Assembly: GCF_044704955.1 (NCBI RefSeq)
Contig: NC_091977.1
Coordinates: forward strand, 9,424,001 to 9,488,000
DNA length: 64,000 nucleotides
Direction of reading: 5' to 3'
DNA from: Pristiophorus japonicus
Lineage: Eukaryota
In this document: piece after piece, positions 25,372 to 37,289 of the stretch
How the letters are laid out: each line of letters begins with the position of its first letter
Position numbering within the stretch: the first letter of the stretch is position 1
Translations under genes and position numbers: made by a program
Notes under the pieces: model-generated
Seen by the model: only the letters and a program-made list of their open reading frames with translations
Told to the model about the DNA's origin: nothing
Databases searched by the model: none

Positions 25372-27190
25372 TTATACTAAGTAAGTCCTTTCTGCCAGAC
25401 TGTCTGATTTCCCTTTATTCAATGTTTTAACTATAGTACGGGCTAGGGCCTGCCTCTTACATCGGTCACAACTTTTACAGGATAATACTAGCAAGATAAG
25501 TTCCCTTGCACTACAACCAGTACATTTAGTCCAGCATAGTTCGTGTACAAGTCCTTCCTAGTCAATATTTTCTTAGTGTTCGAATTATGCCCTGCCTGAG
25601 GTATCCTCTGTTTCTTCTATCTTTCCTCCACTTGGGGTCTTCTCTATTCTGCCAAATTTCTGCCCAGCCTGGGGTATCCTCTATGTTGTTGAATGGTGTC
25701 CAGTCGAGTTTGTTTCTCTTTCAGTTCGAGAATTGGTTTTCCTTGCGGCCCGATGGCCTTCGCATAACCTCCTCAGGTAATGTCCATCATTGTCCCATCG
25801 ATTTTTCCTCCTTTTGTTCAGGGGTTATAATAAACCCGTTTATATCTCTCTCGTCAAGTGGAGTAAAGCAGAAGTCAATATCCATAATGGTGCATAAGGT
25901 GTTCCTTGCTTCATTTCAGTTGCCGTGGTGCTCACACATCAATCTCCATTTCCTCGTGCAACAGCGATAATTTTGTAGTCCTGTGTTAGAGGGGTGATAC
26001 TCAAGGTGCACCCATCCACTTGGTCATATCCACAGTTTTTAATCATTCATAATGGATCTCGACATAAAGCAACTTGGTTATTTTTATAACAATCATCTAT
26101 GCTGAGACTCTTAGTACTGTTGTTCTCTTCAGTTATATTTCTGGTTTGTCATGATACCGCACGCGAGTTTCTCCTACATTGTTTGTTTGGTATAGAGAAT
26201 CTCCCTTTGTCACATCATACTATGGTATAGATAATACAAAACCTATTATATTTAAATGTCCGATTACACATCTGGCCTTTGGACCCAAGCATGACTGTTT
26301 CTCCGCACCTCGCAGGGATGAGTCATGTTTTTGTCCATGGTCCAAGTTGGTAAATACATCAAGTGTTATCCAATCTGGCATCATTCTATTCTGAAGCTGC
26401 TCTAGGTTATGTTGTATTCCATTGAGCAACCATGCTCCGTATCCTGTACATACTAATTCTGGCTGTATGGTTTTACTCAAGTTTTGTTCCACTCTATTTA
26501 TCAAATTTATAGTTCTGGCGTGGTCTCGCAGTGTGTGGGCCACTTGTAATAATTCCCTTTCTGTGCCATTACCCAGTTGTGCCTGTACCTTTTCAGTATC
26601 CTCATCCCTTTCCAGCAATCCCTGTAAGGTTTGCGTTAGGGTGTCAACTCGATCATCTATCGTGTTTACCGTCGCAACTCCCGCCGCGTATCCCGCCGCA
26701 TATCCTGCCGTGTACCATTTCTAGTATCCCTCCTTTTCACCTGACCCTCTTTCCACATTAAACTTCATGGTTTTTGATTCAGGGCCTTTAAGTTCCCGCA
26801 GGGTCAGATTTTTATACAGGCTTAGCGTGTTTAAATTTAGGAATACAGTAATTATTCGCTGGCGTACCCCGAAGTATATCGGTCTGCCTTATCAATCCCC
26901 CTTTTGCCCCAGCGTTCATAGTTGGACATGTTTGTGGCGCTGGGGTTGTGGTGGTCGGGGCCCTGGTAGCGCTCACTGTTGTTAAAGGAGTGGGTGGGCC
27001 CGTGTTGGTGGGTCTACCTCGGGAGATAACATCTAGGAATGGTGGTGGAGGGATGAGTGAAATCTGCACCCACTTCCCCCGGGGGCAGTATCTCTGTCCC
27101 TTCTGATTATAAAACACACCGTGGTCTTATTCCCGCTAATTATTGGTCCTGTATTACTGGCCCATCCCCAATGTTGTTTCGTTTCCTTGT
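25372..27190 (-). pseudogene. env: env-like class I fusion glycoprotein, frameshifted
   Basis: Hand translation across frameshifts: Pro/Thr-rich linker (GPPTPLTTVSATRAPTTTTPAP), IYFGVRQRIITVFLNL, basic patch at about 26735, TAGYAAGYAAGVATVNTIDD fusion-peptide-like segment, heptad (RVDTLTQTLQGLLE..), CTGYGAWLLNGIQHNLEQL..PDW, Cys-rich NCGYDQVDGC..GNGD*CVST..CTI..FCFTP, then TM LNVLVVVQG/LILLVLSC and a short tail. Confidence 0.75.
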
Positions 27191-27287
27191 TACGTTGTTT
27201 TATGCCCGTTATTTAAGTCTACTGTTGCTCCGTCCGTCATCATCAGTGTTTTTGATTCTTTATTAAATTCTCTATATTAACGACCTG

Positions 27288-28265
27288 CATAGAAACATAG
27301 AAAATAGGTGCAGGAGTAGGCCATTCGGCCCTTCGAGCCTGCACCACCATTCAATGAGTTCATGGCTGAACATGCAACTTCAGTACCCCATTCCTGCTTT
27401 CTCGCCATACCCCTTGATCCCCCTAGTAGTAAGGACTACATCTAACTCCTTTTTCAATATATTTAGTGAATTGGCCTCAACAACTTTCTGTGGTAGAGAA
27501 TTCCACAGGTTCACCACTCTCTGGGTGAAGAAGTTTCTCCTCATCTCGGTCCTAAATGGCTTACCCCTTATCTTTAGACTGTGACCCGTGGTTCTGGACT
27601 TCCCCAACATTGGGAACATTCTTCCTGCATCTAACCTGTCTAAACCCGTCAGAATTTTAAACGTTTCTATGAGATCCCCTCGCATTCTTCTGAACTCCAG
27701 TGAATACAAGTCCAGTTGATCCAGTCTTTCTTGATAGGTCAGTCTCGCCATCCCGGGAATCAGTCTGGTGAACCTTCGCTGCACTTATTCAATAGCAAGA
27801 ATGTCCTTCCTCAAGTTAGGAGACCAAAACTGTACACAATACACTCCAGGTGTGGCCTCACCAAGGCCCTGTACAACTGTAGTAACACCTCCCTGCCCCT
27901 GTACTCAAATCTCCTTGCTATGAAGACCAACATGCCATTTGCTTTCTTAACGGCCTGCTGTACCTGCATGCCAACCTTCAATGACTGATGTACCATGACA
28001 CCCAGGTCTCGTTGCACCTCCCCTTTTCCTAATCTGTCACCATTCAGATAATAGTCTGTCTCTCTGTTTTCACAACCAAAGTGGATAACCTCACATTTAT
28101 CCACATTATACTTCATCTGCCATGCATTTGCCCACTCACCTAACCTATCCAAGTCACTCTGCAGCCTCATAGCATCCTCCTTGCAGCTCACACTGCCACC
28201 CAACTTAGTGTCATCCGCAAATTTGGAGATACTACATTTAATCCCCTCGTCTAAATCATTAATGT
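27288..28265 (-). mobile_element. 5'-truncated CR1 inserted inside the LTR element
   Basis: Tail 'catagaaacatagaaa'; ORFs 27380-27784 and 27811-28524 (SKFADDTK). Confidence 0.92.
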
Positions 28266-29616
28266 CTTCTGGCTGCCATCCTTCCTTTTTCATTTCTTTT
28301 ATTAAGAAACCCAAATTAATAATGTCCAGTATAAAACAGCTGCCAATGGAAAGGGTTAACTCCTTTAGAGGTTTGTAAGAAGGCCTGATGTCATTACGTA
28401 ACTTCGCGTAATCATTTTTTCTCCCAAGTCTTTGTGCCTTCAAAACTTGCTTAGAAATTAGGAATCCATTAAAACAGCAGAAATCATTAGTAAAGCTGTT
28501 ATTGTTTCTAAACTTCCAATTCAAATACTTGCCAAAATTTTTTTTTTGTTAAATTGATTTAAAACGAGACCACACATTTTTAATAGCTATATACATTCCA
28601 GCATTTTGTTTTTTTAAGGTCCCGTTCACTGAGAAAATCTTGTGTTTTATTTCTCTCGGCACAAAATCTAAATTTCTGTGCCAGTTCCATCTTTTTAAAG
28701 AATTTTCTAATTCCTATTGTGTTTTCCTTCCTTTTCTGAGTTCGCATAGCTTAGATCTTTTTCCCTCGTTATTTTCAAAACCCTCCTGCTTGTTTAGACT
28801 GTTCGGGATTTTTTCTTGATAAGCACTGTCGACTTTGAAAAGGTTTTCAAACTGAAGTGAAACTTTCTTGTAATTTAAAATCACTATCAACATAGAGTGT
28901 CTTTTATCTCTTTTCCAATATTTACACTTTGAAACTGCGGCCATTATGAAAATTCGGCTTTCATTGGTTAATTACCCTCCAATCAAACAAATATCTTTTT
29001 CATAGCCAATATCAACTAGTATTTAGTAATTAACATCTTTTTCCATATAAATCTCCTTTCTTCAAATTAGTTTTGTATTTTACACAGAGGGCTTGTGTCT
29101 CCGTGAATTTGTTAATTTAAAATCATAAGACAATCGCAAACACTTTTTTCCCCAATTTACACTGTTCAATTTGTCTTCCTTTTTAGCAGCTATAGCTTTC
29201 AAGGTTGCGTCTTTATCTTTTGATAAAAACAAGCTGTCCTTTGTGAATTCAATGTTTTTTCCAGCATTTATTTAGTACGTTACGTCTTTTTCTATTTAAC
29301 ACATATACCCGGGACCCTTTTGGTCAATATCTCAGAGACTCCCCGCCCTTGGTCTTCATTTTATCCCACTGGCCAGTTTTCCTAAACATCCTGGGGTCTC
29401 TTTTTAGGTTGAATTCCTTCTTTTTAAGACAATACACCTATCCCCAACCTTGGTTTTCATCTTTCCGTGGTTCGTTATAACTTTGTTCGACAGATTACCC
29501 CCTTACAAATTCTTTATACAGATTACCTCCTTTCCCGTCAATGTTACAGCTGCAGGCGGTACAAAATCATACTCACTGCCATTAAGCTGTCACATCATCC
29601 AGATTGGAGGGTCTGC

Positions 29617-29634
29617 AACCTGCTCGCAGCGCCA
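29617..29634 (-). promoter_or_regulatory. Primer binding site, tRNA-Ser type
   Basis: Minus strand TGGCGCTGCGAGCAGGTT, 2 nt after the 5' LTR; resembles the complement of the vertebrate tRNA-Ser(CGA/UGA) 3' end (recalled as ..CCTGCTCACAGCGCCA). Confidence 0.75.
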
Positions 29635-29636
29635 CA

Positions 29637-30261
29637 TGTAGGGGTAAAAAGGAGGCTTCTCTTCCTCGGAGTGGATTAACTGATGTAGATAATCGACACC
29701 TTGCCCTTCGTACTCTGTATAAAGACCACGGAAGTAAATAAACGAAACCTCAAGTTTACCGGCTTTATTTCGAGCAATGCACGGGAAGGTTCAGTTGTGG
29801 AACCTCCAAAATACATGAGGTTTTGAATATAATTTATACAGGCTTTGGAGAGGAGCTACCCTCCTACAAAATCATCGATAGGTTTATTGCTATCAGCGGA
29901 GCTAAACTGATTTGTCGACTCTTATCTGAGTAGTAGATGCAACTGCCCATCTCCCATCATTGTGTTGTTCCATTATTTTGCCCTCTACTCCGGTCTGCAC
30001 GTCGTCTAAAGTAACTGTTCCAAAATAATGGCTTCCTTATCTCTTCCTCTAGAGACTTCTAATCAAAATTGTAACTGTTGACTTAGCATGTGTTACTAAA
30101 GTTAAGGATACAGTTTTAATGCGTGATAAGTGTGCTATACCTACATAAGCAAGTGCTACATACATAGGCAATTTCTTAAACCCCACCAATACTGATTAGT
30201 TCACTACCTTCAGCATTGTTCTGACCACTTTTCTGACTGCTACAATAATTTATCCCTTACA
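29637..30261 (-). repeat. 5' LTR (625 bp)
   Basis: TGTAGGGG..CCCTTACA, homologous to 24587-25220. Confidence 0.92.
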
Positions 30262-30477
30262 CAATGATGAAACCTCCCACTTGACCCAGTTTCAACCAAC
30301 AACTGTTTGCAGAGCACAAAGGACATTCTAAATTAATGCAACACCAAACAGCTAATGGAAACGTATTCATTTTACAATGACGCTTTAAAATTGCATGCTT
30401 GAATATTTCATTTTAATTTTAAAAAGCTACCGTGGAGTCAGATGTCTGGAAAGGACAGAATTTTTCTTGGAGGGGTT

Positions 30478-33400
30478 ATAAGAACATAAGATATAGGAGC
30501 AGGAGTAAGCCACCTGGCCCTTCGAGCCTGCTCTGCCATTTAATAAGACCATGGCTGATCTGATCATGGACTCAGCTCCACTTCCATGCCTGTCCCCATG
30601 ACCTTTTACTCCCTTATCGCTCAAAAATCTGTCTATCTCCGCCTTAAATATATTCAATGACCCAGCCTCCACAGCTCTCTGGGGCAGAGAATTCCATAGA
30701 TTTACAACCCTCGGAGAAGAAATTCCTCCTCATCTCAGTTTTAAATGGGCGGCTCCTTATTCTGAGACTATGTCCCCTAGTTTTCGTTTACCCTATGAGT
30801 GAAATATTCTCTCTGCATCCACCTTATTGAGCCTCCTCATTATCTTATGTTTCAATAAGATCACCTCTCATTCTTTTGAACTCCAATGAGTATAGGCACA
30901 ACCAACTCAATATATCTTCATAAGTCAACCTCCTCATCTCCGGAATCAACCCAGTGAACCTTCTCTGAACAGCCTCCAATGCAAGTATATCCTTCTTTAA
31001 ATACGGAGACCAAAACTATACGCAGTACTCTAGATGTGGCCTCAGTACAGTTGTAGCAGGACGTCTTTGCTTTTATACTCTATCCCCCTTGCAATAAAGG
31101 CCAACATTCCATGCCTTCCTGATTACTTGCTGTACCTGCATACTAACTTTTTGTGTTTCATGCACAAGGACCCCTAGAGGTCCCTCTGTACTGCAGCACC
31201 TTGCAATTTTTCTCCATTTAAATTATAATTTGCTTTTCTATTTTTTCTGCCAAAGTGGAAAACCTCACATTTTCCCACATTATACCCCATCTGCCAAATT
31301 TTTACCCACTCACTTAGCCTGTCTATATCCCTTTGCAGATTTTTTTCGTCTCCTCCTCACAATTTGCTTTCCCACCCATCTTTGTATCATCAGCAAACTT
31401 GGCTACATTACATTCAGTCCCTTCATCCAAGTCATTAATATAGATTGTAAATAGTTGAGCACCCAGCACCGATCCCTGCGGCACCCCACTAGTCACTGTT
31501 TGCCAACCGGAAAATGACCCATTTATCCTGACTCTCTGTTTTCTGTTAGTCAGCCAATCCTCTATCCATGCTAATATATTACCTCCAAACATGTGAACTT
31601 TTATCTTGTGCAGTAACCTCTTATGTGGTACCTTATCGAATGCCTTCTGGAAATTTCAATATACCACATCCACTGGTTCCCCCTTATCTACCCTGCTCGT
31701 TACATCCTCAAAGAACTCAGCAAATTAGTCAAACATGATTTCCCTTTCATAAAACCATGCTGACTCTGCTTGATTGAGTTATGCTTTTCCAAATGTCCTG
31801 CGACTGCTTCCTTAACAATGAATTCCAGCATTTTCCCAACGACATATATTGGGCTAACTGGTCAATAGTTTCCTGCCTGTTGTCTTCCTCCTTTTTTTTT
31901 TTAAAATAGGGGCGTTACATTTGCAGTTTTCCAATCTGCTGGGAACTCCCCAGAATCAAGGGAATTTTGGTAGATTACAACCAATGCATCCACTATCTCT
32001 GCAGCCACTTCTTTTAAGACCCGAGGATGCAAGCCATCAGGTCCAGTGGACTTGTCCGTCTTTAGTCCCACCATTTTACCAAGTACTACTTCTTTAGTGA
32101 TAGTGATTGTATTAACTTCCTCTCTCCCTATAGCCCCATGATTATCCACTATTGGGATGTTTTTAGTGTCTTCTACCGTGAAGACCGATAGAAAATATTT
32201 GCTCAACGTCTCTGCCATTTACCTGTTCTACATCATTAATTCCCCAGTCTCATCCTCTAGGGGACCAATATTTACTTTAGCCAGTCTTTTCCTTTTTATG
32301 TACTTGTAGAAACTCTTACCTTTTATACTTTATACTAGTTTGCTTTCATAATCTATCTTCTCTCTATTTTTTTTTTAGTCGTTCTTTGCTGGCTTTTAAG
32401 TTTCCCAATTCTCTGGCTTCCCACTAGTCTTGGCCACTTTGTATGCCCTTGTTGTCAATTTGATACCATCCCTTATTTCCTTAGATTGCCTGGGATGGTT
32501 ATCCCTTCTCTTACAGTCTTTGCTTCTCATTCGAATATATTTTTGTTGAGAGTTATGAAATATCTCCTTAAATGTCTGCCATTGCTCATCAACCATCCCA
32601 TACTTTAATCTATTTTCCCAGTCCACTTTAGCCAACTCTGCCTTCATGCCTTTCTGGTCTCCTTTATTTAAGCTTAGGACACTGGTTTGAGAACCAACTT
32701 TCTCACCCTCCAACTGAATTTGAAATTCAACCATGTTATGGTCACTCATTCCTAGAAGATCCTTTACTACGAGATCATTTATTAATTCTGTCTCATTACA
32801 CAGTACCAGATCTAAGATAGCCTGCTCCCTGGTTGGTTCTGCAATGTACTGTTCAAAGAAACTATCCCGGATACACTCCATGAACTCTTCCTCAAGGCTA
32901 CCCTGGCCAATTTGCTTTGTCCAATCAATATGAAGGTTAAAATCGCCCATGATTATTACCGTTCCTTTATTACAAGCCTCCATTATTTCTTGATATATAC
33001 TCTGTTCTAGAGTGTAGCTACTGTTAGCCTATAGACTACGGCCACCAATAACTTTTTCCCGTTATTCCATCTCTCCACCCAAACTGATTTGATCTTCTGA
33101 GCCAATATAGTTTCTCACTAATGCACTGAACTCATCCTTTATTAACAGTGCTACTCTATCTCCTTTTCCTTTCTGTCTGTCCTTCCGAATTGTCAAATAC
33201 CCCTGAATATTTAGTTCCCAGTCCTGGTCACTTTGCAACCACGTCTCTGTAATGGCTATCAGATAATACCCATTTGTATCTATTTGGGCCGTCAACTCAT
33301 CTATTTTGTTACGAATGCTGCGTGCATTCAGATAAAGAGCTTTTAAATTTATTTTTTTACCGTTTTTTTCCTGCTTTGACCCCATTTTCTGATTCACCTT

Positions 33401-34430
33401 TATGTTTGTACATTCTGTCCCTTCCTGGCACGCTCTAGTTTTCATTTCCCCCAATGCTACCCTGCTCTATTGCCTTCTCCTTATTCTTTGACTTTAAAAA
33501 TTTTCGCTCACTGAACCTCCACTAATTAGTTTAAAGCCCTCTCCACATCCCTAGTTATTTGATTCACCAGGACCCTAGTCCCAGCACGGTCTAAGTGGAG
33601 CCCGTCCAAACGGAACAGCTCCCTTACCCCAGTACTGGTGCCAGTGTCCCACGAACTAAAACCCATTTCTCCCACACCAGTCTTTGAACTACGTGTTTAA
33701 CTCTCTGATCTTATTTACCCTGAGCAAATCTGCTCGTGGCTCAGGTTATTACCTTTGTGGTTCTGCTGTTTAATTTGGCCCCTAGCTGCCCGTTGGTACC
33801 CACGTGGACCACAACAACTGGATCTTTTCCTTCATACTCCAAGTTCCTCTCCAGCCCTGAGGAAATGTCCTTAACCCTGGCACCGGGCAGGCAACACAGC
33901 CTTCGGGACTCATGCTCTTGGCTGCAGAGAACCTTATCTATCCCCCTAATGATGTTGTTCCCTAGCACTACAATGTTTCTTTTTACTCCCCCCATTTGCT
34001 TGGCCCCCTGTACCATGATGCTGTGGTCAGTTTGCTCATCCTCCCTGCAGTCCCTGCTCCTGTCCATACACGGAGTAAGAGGCTCAAACCTGTTGGACAA
34101 GACGCTCCTCCATCACCCCATCCCGAGTCCCCATACCTTCCTCACTCGTAGTCACACCCTCCTGTCCCTGGCCATGGAGAGAATTTGAATTAATTACTCT
34201 AATTGGCATGACCAGCTCAAGGATCACAGCGTCCAGGTAACTCTTTCCTCCCCTGATGTGTTGTAGTGTTTGCAGCTCGGATTCCAGCTCATCAACACGG
34301 AGCCAAAGTTCCTCGAGCTGCAGACACTTGCTGCAGATGTGGTCGCCGTGGACCTCAATGGTGTCCACCAGCTCCCACATGCAACAGCAGAAACACATCG
34401 CCTGTCCTGCCATCTCAAATGTATTTAATT
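30478..34430 (-). mobile_element. Near-full-length CR1 LINE (ORF1 and ORF2), degenerate
   Basis: ORF1 MAGQAMCFCCCMWE..HICSKCLQLEE (34084-34413) and esterase (33741-34100); ORF2 LNARSIRNK..ITETW (33062-33454), GDFN/SDH (32396-32983), [12 protein letters not shown] (31323-31592); tail 'aagaacataaga'. Confidence 0.92.
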
Positions 34431-34650
34431 AATTGGATTTAGTGTGTAGTTATTAATCCTGATGTGGGAGAGAAAGAGAGAAACTGAACAATTTTTGCCG
34501 TGTGGAGAAAATGCCCTCAAGAGCTTAATTCTCCTGGTAGCACCCTGTCCCTCAGTTTACATCAAAATCCGTTGTGCGCTATTCTAATACAATTGTTCAC
34601 CAGTGTCTTCTAAACATTAAAATGTTGTGAATGTATTCAGTAGTGTGCTA

Positions 34651-35359
34651 TAGGTGCAGCATTGAGAATCCGGAAAACTCGGGACCAAGGCCGTTCCGGA
34701 TTCCGGGCTTTTCCAGACTTTCTATTGTCTTTCTGACGTCACACATCAGGAAATACCAGAGTCCAGGTTCGGGTATTTCCAGATATTGGAACGTCAGAAA
34801 GGGGGCGGGGGGGAAAAAGGGTTCCCGCCGAGGAAGAGCTGTTTGGGGCGGGCCCCGCCGTGTGGAGGAGCTGTTTGGGGCGGGCCCCGCCGTGGAGGAG
34901 CTGTTTGGGGCGGGCCCCGCCGTGGAGGAGCTGTTTGGGGCGGGCCCCACCGTGGAGGAGCTGTTTGGGGCGGGCCCCGCCGTGGAGGAGCTGTTTGGGG
35001 CGGGCTCCGCCGTGGAGGAGCTGTTTGGGGCGGGCCCCGCCGTGGAGGAGCTGTTTGGGGCGGGCTCCGCCGTGGAGGAGCTGTTCAGGCCGGCCGGCCG
35101 GCCAGCCCCATCGTGGAAGTGGTGCTCAGGCGAGTCAGCGAGGGGGCCCCGAGGTAAGGGCAGCGGCGGCGAGCGGGGCGAGGCGACCGGCAGTGAGTTT
35201 AGGGTAGCGGGGTGAGGCACAAGGCCGGGCAGCGCGAGGCCCGAGGTCGGATTCCGGGACATTTTATGGAATCCGGACGACCCTGCCACCAATCGGTCCG
35301 GAGTCTCGATTCTGGAACATTCCGGATTCTGAAACACCGGATTTTCGACGCTGCACCTG
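34651..35359. mobile_element. Tc1/mariner-superfamily (Tigger/pogo-like) MITE
   Basis: TA|TAGGTGCAGCATTGAGAATCCGG .. CCGGATTTTCGACGCTGCACCTG|TA. Confidence 0.8.
34830..35086 (+). repeat. 30-bp GC-rich minisatellite, about 8.5 copies
   Basis: Unit 'cgtggaggagctgtttggggcgggccccgc'. Confidence 0.95.
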
Positions 35360-35419
35360 TATTTGTGAAACACCTTGGCGTTTTGTGCTGCATTGTGAAA
35401 AGCCCTTTTCAATTATTTA

Positions 35420-36922
35420 TCAGCTTCCACCTCTGTAATATTTTCCATCTCCACTCCTGCCTCAGCTCACCTGCTGCTGAAACCATTGTCCATGCCTTTG
35501 TTACCTCTAGACCTGACTATTCCAAAACACTTCTGGCTGGCCTCCCACGTTCTACATTCCGTAAACTTGAGGTCATTCAAAACACAGCTGCCTGTGTCCT
35601 AACTCGAACCAAGTCCTGTTCACCCATCTTCTTCTTCTTCTTCTTCTTCTTCTTCTTCGGCAGTCCCCTGGAGTCGAGGATGACTTGCTTCCACACTAAA
35701 CTGAGTTCTAAGGTGACTGACGAGACCAATGGGAGATCTACAGTCTCTGTCACAGGGTGGGGCAGATGGTGGTTGGATGGATGCGTGGGTGGAGTGCTTG
35801 CTTTGTCGCACGCTCCTTCTGCTGTTTGTACTTAGCTTCCACGTGCTCCCGGCGAAGAGACTCGAGATGTTCTCCTCCACTGTGAGAGGTCTTGGGCCAG
35901 GGATTTCCAAGAGTAGGTGGGGATGATACATTTTTTCAAGGAGGCTTTGAGGGTGTCGTTGAAGTGTTTCCTCTGCCCTTCTGGGGCTCGCCTGCTGTGA
36001 CGTAAGCTCGGAGTACAGCGCTTGTTTCAGGAGTCTAGTATTGGGCATGTGGACGATGTGGCCCGTTCATCGGAGCTGGTCGAGCTTGGTCAATGCCTCG
36101 ATGCTGGGAATGTTGGCCTGAGTGAGAACACTGATGTTGGTGCGCCTATCCTGCCAATGAATTTGCAGGATTTTGCAGAAGCAGCGTTGGTGGTACTTCT
36201 TCAGTGCTTGGAGGTGCCTACTGTACATAGTCCATGTCTCTGAAGCATATAGGAAGGCGGGTAGACCATGAGCTTGGTGCCGGGTTTGAGATCCTGGTCT
36301 TGGAACACTCTTTCCTCAGGCGGCCGAAGGCTGCACTGGCACACTGAAGGCAGTGTTGGACTTCGTCATCGATGTCTGTCCTTGCTGATAATCGGCTCCC
36401 AAGGTATGGGAAGTGGTCCACATTGGCCAAGGTGTCGTCATGGATCTTGATAATCGGGGAGCAGTACTGTGTGGTTTGGACAGTTTGGTAGAGAACCGCT
36501 CGCTGACCTACATTGGCTCCCGGTTAAGCAAATCCTCGATTTCAAAATTCTCATCCTTGTTTTCGAGTACCTCCATGGCCTCATCCCTCCTCATCTCCGT
36601 AAACTCCTCCAGCCTCACAACCCTCCAATATATCTACGCTCCTCAAATTCTGGTCTCTTGAGCATCCCTGACTTTAATTGCTCCGCCATTGGTGGTCATG
36701 CCTTCAGCTGCCAAGGCCCCAAGCTCTGGAATTCCCTCCCTAAATCTCTGTGCCTCTCTCTGTTCCTTTACGGTGCTCCTTAAAACCTATCTCTTTGACC
36801 AAGCTTTTGATCATCTGCCCTAATATTTCCTTGTGTGACTCGGTTTGATATCACGTCTGTGAAGTGCCTTGGAACGTTTGATTAAGTTAAAGGTTCTACA
36901 TAAATACAGGTTGTTGTTGTTG
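35420..36922 (+). mobile_element. L2 LINE 3' part (35420-35627 and 36495-36922) split by an RTE
   Basis: AAETIVHAFVTSRPDYS..IQNTAACVLT, LADLHWLPVKQILDFKIL, FSCQGPKLWNSLP; (GTT)n tail. Confidence 0.85.
35628..36490 (-). mobile_element. RTE-clade LINE 3' fragment with (GAA)n tail
   Basis: (TTC)n at 35628-35658 then 'ggcagtcccc'; NVDHFPYLGS and MPNTRLLKQALYSEL ORFs. Confidence 0.85.
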
Positions 36923-37289
36923 AGTAAGAGCTTATAAATGTTCCCTTAATGCCACTAAGTATTGTAATAAGTTTATTAAGCAAATGGTTAGATTCAGGCT
37001 GGAAAAATGATTCACTCTGCAAACCAGCAATCTTCAATAGGTTTTTACCTGCCAAATGTGGCGTTGTGAAAATGACAGAATAGTTATTCTTTCATCGTTC
37101 AATACTGGATTATTAGGAACCTTAAGGACAATAGAAGATAAGAACGTATTCCCTTTTGTTTGATATCACATCTGTGAAGTGCCTTGGAATGTTTGACTAA
37201 GTTAAAGGTTCTTCATAAATACAGGTTGTTGTTGTTGTTAAGAGCTTATAAATGTTCCCTTAATGCCAGTAAGTATTGCCACTAAGTAT

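Larger units (their letters stand above)
24587..30261 (-). mobile_element. Endogenous retrovirus-like LTR element, apparently pol-less, with a degenerate fusion-protein (env) gene; lokiretrovirus-like
   Basis: Two homologous TG..CA LTRs, tRNA-Ser PBS, PPT, 4-bp flanks CAAA/CAAT, env-like reading frames. Confidence 0.85.

Noticed and set aside
27811-28524. 237-aa ORF as the pol gene of the LTR element
   Set aside because: Its RT motif (SKFADDTK) belongs to the nested CR1; the fusion with ERV sequence is incidental
34631-35412. GC-rich ORFs (GAGPAVEELF repeats)
   Set aside because: Translation of the 30-bp minisatellite inside a MITE
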